NCBI GenBank assembly: GCA_963727625.1
Contig: CAVSHR010000011.1
Location: 1-64,000 of the forward strand
DNA from: an uncultured delta proteobacterium
GTDB taxonomy: Bacteria > Desulfobacterota > Binatia > UBA9968
Length of the DNA: 64,000 nucleotides
Reading direction: 5' to 3'
The notes under the pieces are model-generated. The model was not told the DNA's origin, searched no databases, and was given only the letters and a program-made list of their open reading frames with translations. Positions 57,960 to 64,000 of this stretch are shown piece by piece; the first letter of the stretch is position 1; each line of letters opens with the position of its first letter. Position numbers and translations under genes: made by a program.

Positions 57960-60332
57960 ATGGGTGCCGCATTTCTCAAAGGCTATCGAGCGTTGGATTT
58001 AACCGGGTTGAACGGCCAGCTATGCGGCCGGGTGCTCGCCGACTTGGGCATGGAGGTGATCAAGATCGAGCCGCCGGGAGGCGACCCGGTGCGCCATCTT
58101 CCTCCTTTTATAAATTCGGCCGACGGCAATCGATTGAGCACGACCTTTGCTCACCTGAACGCCGGCAAGGCGAGCAAGGTGCTCGATCTCGACAGCGAGG
58201 CGGGGCGCGCCGAGTTGCGCAAGCTGGTCGAGAGCGCGGACGTAGTCCTGGAAAGTTTTCAGCCCGGCGAACTGGAGTCCAAAGGACTCGGATACAAAGA
58301 TCTTGCCGCCATCAATCCCGCCATCGTCATGGGTTCGATCACCTGTTTCGGCCAGACCGGTCCGAAGAAAAACCTCGCCTACAACGATCTCGTCGCCCTC
58401 GCCCAGAGCGGTTTTCTTTATATCGCGGGCGATCCGTCGATGGCGCCGGTGCGGCCGCCGGAAACTCAGGCCTATTATTTCGCGAGTCTGTTCGGTGCCG
58501 CCGGCGTGCTGGCGGCGCTTTACCGGCGCGAGCGCACGGGGCAGGGCGATCACGTCGATGCGTCGATGCAGGAAACGCTGGCGACCCAGGAACATATCAT
58601 CCGGCTTTGGGCCAATGAAAAAGTTATCGCGAAACGGGCCGGCAGCCAGCATGGCTCGGTGGCGCCGGCGAAAATTTTTCCTTGCCGAGACGGCTTCGTC
58701 TATCTTTATGTGACCCGGCAGCACTGGAAGCTGTTTCTAAGTGTATGGAAAAATCATCCGGCGGTGTTCGATGCGCCCGATTGGCTGAACAACCTCTATC
58801 GCCGCGCCCACGCCGACGAGCTCAATCCGGCCATCGAGAAATACTTGAGCGCGTATACCATGGCCGAGATCACCGAGCTGTTGCAGGAGAAAGGCATTCC
58901 CTGCGTGCCGGTGAACACGCCCCTGGGCTTTGCCAACGACGAGCATGTGCGCGAGCGCGGTTTTATCGCGCCGGTGGAGCACGCCGGATTCGGCAAGACG
59001 AAACAGCCGGCGATGCCGTTCGTGATCGATGGCGAGCGGCTTCCTGTCGCAAGCGTGCCGGTGCTCGATAGTTGGAAAGATAGCGGTGTTCGGAAAAGCC
59101 CAAGCCAACCATCGAACACCGCGGGCAGCGCGGGCAACGGTCCGCTCGACGGCATGCGCATCGTCAGCTTCGATCACGTGCTCGCCGGGCCGTACGGCAC
59201 GACGATTTTGGCCGAGTTGGGCGCCGACGTGATCAAAATCGAGTCGAGCAAGGGCGGCATGGATCCGTTTCGTTTCTTCGGCACCGGCGAAGATCCCAAC
59301 GTGTCGCCGCGCTTCTTGGAGTTCAACCGCAATAAGAGATCCTTCACGGTTAATCTCAAGCATCCCAAGGGACAGGGCGTCCTGCACGATTTGGTCGCAA
59401 AGGCCGACGCCGTGCTGGATAACTACAGCGTCGACGTGGTCGAGCGCATCGGTTTGGGTTATCAGCAGCTGTGCAAGGTGAAGCCCGACATCGTCAACCT
59501 GCGCATGCCGGGTCTCGGCACCACCGGGCCCAAGCGCTACTACTCGACGGTCGGCGTGAACATCACGGCGTTCACCGGCCTCACCTATTTATGGAATCAT
59601 CCCGGCGTCACCAATCCGCCCGTCGGCGCCCAGACGGTGTTTCCAGACTATGTCTCCGGTGTGCTGTGCGCGATCATCATCATCTCGGGCGTGCTCCAGC
59701 GCGACCGTGAAAAGATGGGCGTGTTCATCGACATGGCGCAGTCGGAGGCGACGGCGTTTATGATCGGAGCGAGCCTGATGGAGGCGGTGACGAGCGGTAT
59801 CGATCCCCAGCCCGTCGGCAATACTTCTCCTTCGATCGCGCCGCATGACTGCTATCCGTGCAAGGGCGAGGATCGCTGGTGCGTGATCGCGGTCGAGGAT
59901 GAAAAACAATGGAGCGCGCTGGCGAAAATTCTCGGCGTCGAAGGCGACGCGCGCTTCAAGACGATGGCCGATCGCTTGCGTCATCGCGACGCGCTGAACG
60001 CGATCGTTTCGGACTGGACGGCGAATCAGGATGCTTTCGCGGTGATGGACCGCTTGCAGCAGGTGGGCGTGCCGAGCGGCGTGGTGCAAACCGGCGAGGA
60101 CTTGGTCAACGATCCCCAGCTCCAGCAGCGCGGCTTCATCGTCGCCGTCGATAATGCGCGCCTGGGGCGCGTGGTTCTGCCGAATTTTCCGCTGCAATTC
60201 ACGAAGGCCAAACTAACACGGCGCTGGGAATTCCCCGTGCTCGGCCGAGACACCGAGGCAGTGCTGCGCGACGTGGTGGGTTACGACGAAGCGACCATCG
60301 CGGCACACAAACAAGACGGAGTCTTGGAATAG
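57960..60332 (+). CDS. Family III (CaiB/BaiF) CoA-transferase, two fused domains
   Basis: Domain 1 LADLGMEVIKIEPPGGDP, LNAGK; domain 2 LAGPYGTTILAELGADVIKIES, FNRNKRS, FPDYVSG. Confidence 0.93.
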   Translation: MGAAFLKGYRALDLTGLNGQLCGRVLADLGMEVIKIEPPGGDPVRHLPPFINSADGNRLSTTFAHLNAGKASKVLDLDSEAGRAELRKLVESADVVLESFQPGELESKGLGYKDLAAINPAIVMGSITCFGQTGPKKNLAYNDLVALAQSGFLYIAGDPSMAPVRPPETQAYYFASLFGAAGVLAALYRRERTGQGDHVDASMQETLATQEHIIRLWANEKVIAKRAGSQHGSVAPAKIFPCRDGFVYLYVTRQHWKLFLSVWKNHPAVFDAPDWLNNLYRRAHADELNPAIEKYLSAYTMAEITELLQEKGIPCVPVNTPLGFANDEHVRERGFIAPVEHAGFGKTKQPAMPFVIDGERLPVASVPVLDSWKDSGVRKSPSQPSNTAGSAGNGPLDGMRIVSFDHVLAGPYGTTILAELGADVIKIESSKGGMDPFRFFGTGEDPNVSPRFLEFNRNKRSFTVNLKHPKGQGVLHDLVAKADAVLDNYSVDVVERIGLGYQQLCKVKPDIVNLRMPGLGTTGPKRYYSTVGVNITAFTGLTYLWNHPGVTNPPVGAQTVFPDYVSGVLCAIIIISGVLQRDREKMGVFIDMAQSEATAFMIGASLMEAVTSGIDPQPVGNTSPSIAPHDCYPCKGEDRWCVIAVEDEKQWSALAKILGVEGDARFKTMADRLRHRDALNAIVSDWTANQDAFAVMDRLQQVGVPSGVVQTGEDLVNDPQLQQRGFIVAVDNARLGRVVLPNFPLQFTKAKLTRRWEFPVLGRDTEAVLRDVVGYDEATIAAHKQDGVLE

Positions 60333-60336
60333 ACGA

Positions 60337-60406
60337 AAGTACCGAGGACTGAGTGCCGGAGGACTGAGCATTAAGAAAACTCAGCCCTCAGCCCTCAGGA
60401 CTCAAT
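60337..60406. repeat. 7-bp periodic inverted-repeat element
   Basis: AAGTACC GAGGACT GAGTGCC G GAGGACT GAGCATT ... ACTCAGC CCTCAGC CCTCAGG ACTCAAT. Confidence 0.8.
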
Positions 60407-60424
60407 TAATAAAGAGGAGTAAAG

Positions 60425-61459
60425 ATGGGACGTATCGTACTGATTCTGGGATTTTTGATTGCCTTCGCCGGAAATGTTGAGGCGCAGAGCAAGACGGTTG
60501 CCGAGCTGGCCAAGTACCGCGGCGCGGACCGCGAGGAGATGCTCAAGGCCGGCGCGAAAAAGGAAGGCAAGATGGTTTGGTACACGAGCCTTACCGCGCA
60601 TCGCGATATCGCCAATGTTTTCCAAGCCAGGTATCCAGGCGTTAAGGTCGAGACCTACCGCGCCAGCAGCTCGGATCTAACTCGGCGGATCATGTCGGAA
60701 GCGCAGGCGCGGCGTAATCTCGTCGATCTGGTCGAAACAACGCCGGCGACTTTGATGTTCATGCGCGACAATCAGTTGTTGATGCCCTATCTCTCGCCGC
60801 ACCTCGGTTCCTACCCGGACGATTCGAAAGAAGAGGCGGACAAAGGCCGGGTCTACTGGACCACCGATCGCGAGTCGGTCATCGGTCTCGGCTATAACAA
60901 GAATTTGGTTCGCGCCGCCGACGTGCCGAAAAGCTTTGCCGATTTGGTGAAGCCGGAGAACGCCGGCAAGATCGGCGTCAGTGGCGACTCCACCGGTGTG
61001 CGTTTTATCGGCGCGGTGCTCAAGGCCAAGGGCGAGGAGTTCGCCAAACGAATGGCCGGATTGCATCTCAAGATGCATCTCATCTCCGGCGGGGCGATTC
61101 ACGAACTCCTGGCGGCCGGAGAGATGGCGATGTCGATCTCGATCTTTCGCAACCACGTGCTTCTGGGGCAGGCCAAAGGTGCGCCGACCATGTGGGTGCC
61201 TTTGGAATTGAATCCCACCAACGCTGGCGGCGTGGCGCTGCCCGCCGCCAGCAACCATCCCTACGCGGCGCTGCTGCTCGCGGACTTCCTGCTCAGTCCC
61301 GAGGGACAGAAGATCATGGAAGAAAAATTCCGCTTCGCGACGCCGACCAAGGATTACGGTTTCAAACGCTGGTACCCGGAGAAGGGCATGACCCTGGACC
61401 AGTATGAAAAAGCCGAGGGGCGCTGGAAGAAGCTGCTGCGCGACATCGTCTTGAAGTGA
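60425..61459 (+). CDS. ABC extracellular solute-binding protein (AfuA/PotD-like)
   Basis: Signal peptide; GAKKEGKMVWYTS, YNKNLV, PKSFADL, HPYAALLLADFLLSPEGQ. Confidence 0.9.
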   Translation: MGRIVLILGFLIAFAGNVEAQSKTVAELAKYRGADREEMLKAGAKKEGKMVWYTSLTAHRDIANVFQARYPGVKVETYRASSSDLTRRIMSEAQARRNLVDLVETTPATLMFMRDNQLLMPYLSPHLGSYPDDSKEEADKGRVYWTTDRESVIGLGYNKNLVRAADVPKSFADLVKPENAGKIGVSGDSTGVRFIGAVLKAKGEEFAKRMAGLHLKMHLISGGAIHELLAAGEMAMSISIFRNHVLLGQAKGAPTMWVPLELNPTNAGGVALPAASNHPYAALLLADFLLSPEGQKIMEEKFRFATPTKDYGFKRWYPEKGMTLDQYEKAEGRWKKLLRDIVLK

Positions 61460-61526
61460 AAATCCCAAATGAATCGAGAGAACGACGCAGGACAACCTTT
61501 TAGGAAAAAAAGAAGGAGGAACGAAG

Positions 61527-62345
61527 ATGGCAAATTATCAGACGCTGCTGGTGGACAAAAACGACGGGGTGACGACGATTACATTCAACCGGCCGGAAAA
61601 GCGCAACGCTATGAGCCCGCAGTTGCACCGCGATATGTACGACTGCTTGACGGATCTGCGCTACGACAAAGAAACCCGCGTGATCGTCATCACCGGCGCC
61701 GGCGAGAGCTTTTGCGCCGGGCAGGACTTGAAGCAGTATTTCATCGAGATGGATTCCCAGCCCGACCGCGTGCGCGACGAAGTGCGCGAGAAGTCGCGCC
61801 AGTGGCGCAACGAGATTCTGCGCAAGATGCCGCAGCCGGTAATCGCCAAGATCAACGGCTGGGTGTTCGGCGGCGGCTTCACGGTCGTGACCGGCTGCGA
61901 TATCGCCATCGCCGCCGACGACGTGCAACTCGGCCTCTCGGAGGTCAACTTCGGCCACTTTCCCGGCGGCGAAGTGACCATCGTCCTTTCCGAGAACCTC
62001 CAGCCCAAGCATGCCCTCTACTATGCGCTCACCGGCAAAACCATGACGGCCAAGGAAGCCGAGCGCATCGGTTTGATCACCAGAGCGGTGCCGCGCGCCG
62101 ATTTGGAAAAAGAAGTCATGGACCTGGCCAACAACTTGAAAGAGAAGGCGCCGTCGGCGCTCAACGCGGTGAAAGAGGCCTGGTATTATACCTTCTACTC
62201 GAATCCCGACGTGGCCTACGAGCTCTCTGGCCTGATCTCCGACAAAGCCAAGCTGGCGATCGGCGGCCGGCCCGGCTTACAGCAGTTCGCGCGCAAGGAA
62301 TACCGGCCGGGGTTGGGGTCTTACAAAGTCGAAGAAAAAAAGTAG
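61527..62345 (+). CDS. p-Hydroxycinnamoyl-CoA hydratase-lyase-like crotonase
   Basis: NRPEKRNAMSPQL, AGQDLKQYF.E.D, NGWVFGGGF, LSEVNFG, LYYALTGKT, GLQQF..K..RPGL..YK, all recognisable from HCHL/Ech. Confidence 0.85.
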   Translation: MANYQTLLVDKNDGVTTITFNRPEKRNAMSPQLHRDMYDCLTDLRYDKETRVIVITGAGESFCAGQDLKQYFIEMDSQPDRVRDEVREKSRQWRNEILRKMPQPVIAKINGWVFGGGFTVVTGCDIAIAADDVQLGLSEVNFGHFPGGEVTIVLSENLQPKHALYYALTGKTMTAKEAERIGLITRAVPRADLEKEVMDLANNLKEKAPSALNAVKEAWYYTFYSNPDVAYELSGLISDKAKLAIGGRPGLQQFARKEYRPGLGSYKVEEKK

Positions 62346-62347
62346 AC

Positions 62348-62490
62348 GTTCCAGTAGTTCCAATCGTTCAAGTCGTTCCAGCCCTCTCTTTTCATCCTCC
62401 CCCGCGTCGTGGGGGAGGATAGGGGATGAGGAGATGCGCTTGAATTACCTCATAGGCGTTGAACCTTGAACCGAGCGAAGCGATTGAACG
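62348..62490. repeat. Composite element: 9-bp periodic arm, REP-like hairpin and TTGAAC right arm
   Basis: GTTCCAGTA GTTCCAATC GTTCAAGTC GTTCCAGCC; hairpin ATCCTCCCCC-N7-GGGGGAGGAT (62394-62420); GTTGAAC CTTGAAC...ATTGAAC. Confidence 0.8.
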
Positions 62491-62518
62491 TTCGAAGATA
62501 TACTTCGGAGGATAGGGA

Positions 62519-63673
62519 ATGGATTTCAATCTGCCTGAAGAATTTCAGATGCTCAAAGACACGGTACGCAAGTTCGTCGACAAGGAGCTGATCCCGATCG
62601 AGATGCACTCGATCGAGAACATGGAGCTCAAGCCGGACATTCGCGAGCGCTTGGAAAAAAAGACCAAAGAAATGGGCTTGTGGATGTTCGACGTTCCCGA
62701 AGAATACGGCGGCGGTGGGCTCGGCAGCTTGGCGCAGGTGCTGGTGTGGGAAGAGCTGGCGCGCACCATCGCACTCCCTTCGCGCGGTCAGGGCATCTTC
62801 GGGCCGGAAATCAGGCCAATCCTCTATGCGTTAAACGACGAACAGAAAAAACGTTTTCTCGATCCGATCCGTAACGGCGAGAAAAAGCTCTGCTTCATGC
62901 AGACCGAGCCCGACGCCGGCTCCGATCCGGCGTCGATGAAAACCCGAGCCGTTCGCCAGGGCGACTATTACATCGTCAACGGCACCAAGCGTTTCATCAC
63001 CGGCGCCGGCGATGCCGACTTCGGCCAGTTGATGGCGGTGACCGATCCGGCGAAGGGCGCGCACGGCGGCATTTCCTGCTTCATGGTCGACATGAAAACG
63101 CCGGGCCTGACGCTGGTGACCAAATACAAGACCATGATGGGCGAGGAGCCCTGGCACATCACCTTCGACGACATGAAGGTGCCGGTTGAGAATTTGGTCG
63201 GTAAAGAGGGAGAAGGCTTCAAGTTAGCTCAGAAATGGCTGGGAATCGGCCGCTTGAAACACGGCGCGCGTGCGCTTGGTGTCGCCGAGCGCTGCATCGA
63301 GATGGGCGCGCGTTATTCCAAAGAAAGAGTCACCTTCGGCAAGCCGTTATCCGAGCGGCAGGGGATCACTTTCAAGCTCGCAGATTCCTACGTCGAGCTG
63401 CACGCCGCGCGTTTGATGGTCTATCAAGCGGCGTGGAAGAACGATCAAAAGATGGATATCCGCAACGAAGCGTACATGGCGAAGCTCTTCGCCGACGAGA
63501 TGTCGTTCCGCGTCGTCGACCGCGTGCTGCAGATCCACGGCGGCATCGGTCTGACGCTCGATTTGCCCTTGGCGAAATGGTTCGTCGACCAGCGCAGCCG
63601 CATGATTACCGAAGGCGCCTCCGAAGTCATGCGCATGGTGATCGCAAGGGAAGTGCTGAAGAAATACAATTAG
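62519..63673 (+). CDS. Acyl-CoA dehydrogenase (close paralogue of 8206-9369)
   Basis: MDFNLPEE, FMQTEPDAGSDPA, RVTFGKPL, QIHGGIG, MITEGASE. Confidence 0.95.
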   Translation: MDFNLPEEFQMLKDTVRKFVDKELIPIEMHSIENMELKPDIRERLEKKTKEMGLWMFDVPEEYGGGGLGSLAQVLVWEELARTIALPSRGQGIFGPEIRPILYALNDEQKKRFLDPIRNGEKKLCFMQTEPDAGSDPASMKTRAVRQGDYYIVNGTKRFITGAGDADFGQLMAVTDPAKGAHGGISCFMVDMKTPGLTLVTKYKTMMGEEPWHITFDDMKVPVENLVGKEGEGFKLAQKWLGIGRLKHGARALGVAERCIEMGARYSKERVTFGKPLSERQGITFKLADSYVELHAARLMVYQAAWKNDQKMDIRNEAYMAKLFADEMSFRVVDRVLQIHGGIGLTLDLPLAKWFVDQRSRMITEGASEVMRMVIAREVLKKYN

Positions 63674-63675
63674 GA

Positions 63676-63767
63676 GTTCAAAGCGTTCAAACCGTTCAAG
63701 TAGTTCAAGACGTCCGAACCTCCGAAAACGGTTTGAACGATTTGAACGGCTTGAACTACTTGAACGC
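63676..63767. repeat. 9-bp periodic inverted-repeat element
   Basis: GTTCAAAGC GTTCAAACC GTTCAAGTA GTTCAAGAC GTCCGAACC ... GGTTTGAAC GATTTGAAC GGCTTGAAC TACTTGAAC. Confidence 0.9.
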
Positions 63768-63778
63768 GTTCGCGGCGT

Positions 63779-64000
63779 TTAATTTTCCTTCGCGAACGAG
63801 AGCTCCCAGCGGTTGCCGTCGGGGTCGAAGACGTTGATCGAGTAGCTCACGCCGTCGCGATGCTGGCGTACCTTCTCAATATTTGCGCCGATTTGCTTGA
63901 GCGAGCCTAAAGCCTTTTCTTGTTCCTGCCATGGGATATTCAGCGTGTGATGCGGGTCCACTTCGCGCGGCTTGATCGATGCATCGAATAGATGCACCTC
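63779..64000 (-). CDS. VOC/glyoxalase family protein, C-terminal part (cut by the window edge)
   Basis: HHTLNI...YSINVFDPDGNRWELS. Confidence 0.8.
   Translation of the reverse strand, partial: EVHLFDASIKPREVDPHHTLNIPWQEQEKALGSLKQIGANIEKVRQHRDGVSYSINVFDPDGNRWELSFAKEN

Noticed and set aside
63676-63767. CRISPR array interpretation of the periodic repeats
   Set aside because: Units are 7-9 bp with no 25-45 bp unique spacers, arms are inverted, and no cas genes are present
1-64000. rRNA, tRNA, prophage or intact transposase/integrase
   Set aside because: None recognised by eye; tRNAscan-SE and Rfam were not run, so small RNAs cannot be excluded

Overview
GC-rich bacterial chromosomal window. 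Gene content (orphan solute-binding proteins, paralogous acyl-CoA dehydrogenases, ThDP enzymes, cupins, amidohydrolases) resembles Candidatus Binatia / uncultured Deltaproteobacteria; this is an inference with no marker gene present. About 45 CDSs. 1-7 kb is a mosaic, partly decayed stress/iron islet (uspA, orphan sufB, VIT1/CCC1, SOD, gene relics). 7-45 kb holds mixed catabolic and transport genes, including tandem ThDP enzymes, two apparently exported methyltransferases and a frameshifted tctA. 45.3-63.7 kb is an 18-kb same-strand CoA-dependent catabolic cluster: two acyl-CoA dehydrogenases with complementary half active sites, a Cys-less thiolase-fold protein plus DUF35 partner, four crotonases (one a close hydroxycinnamoyl-CoA hydratase-lyase homologue), a CoA ligase and a fused double CoA-transferase. 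The most unusual non-coding signal is a family of about 12 intergenic periodic-palindromic elements. Each has a left arm of 3-5 degenerate 7-, 8- or 9-bp tandem units, usually starting at a stop codon, then a spacer and a right arm of reverse-complement units. Several unrelated unit sequences are used and some elements are nested. No rRNA, tRNA, CRISPR array or intact transposase was seen. All protein calls are from motif recognition by eye, not database searches.
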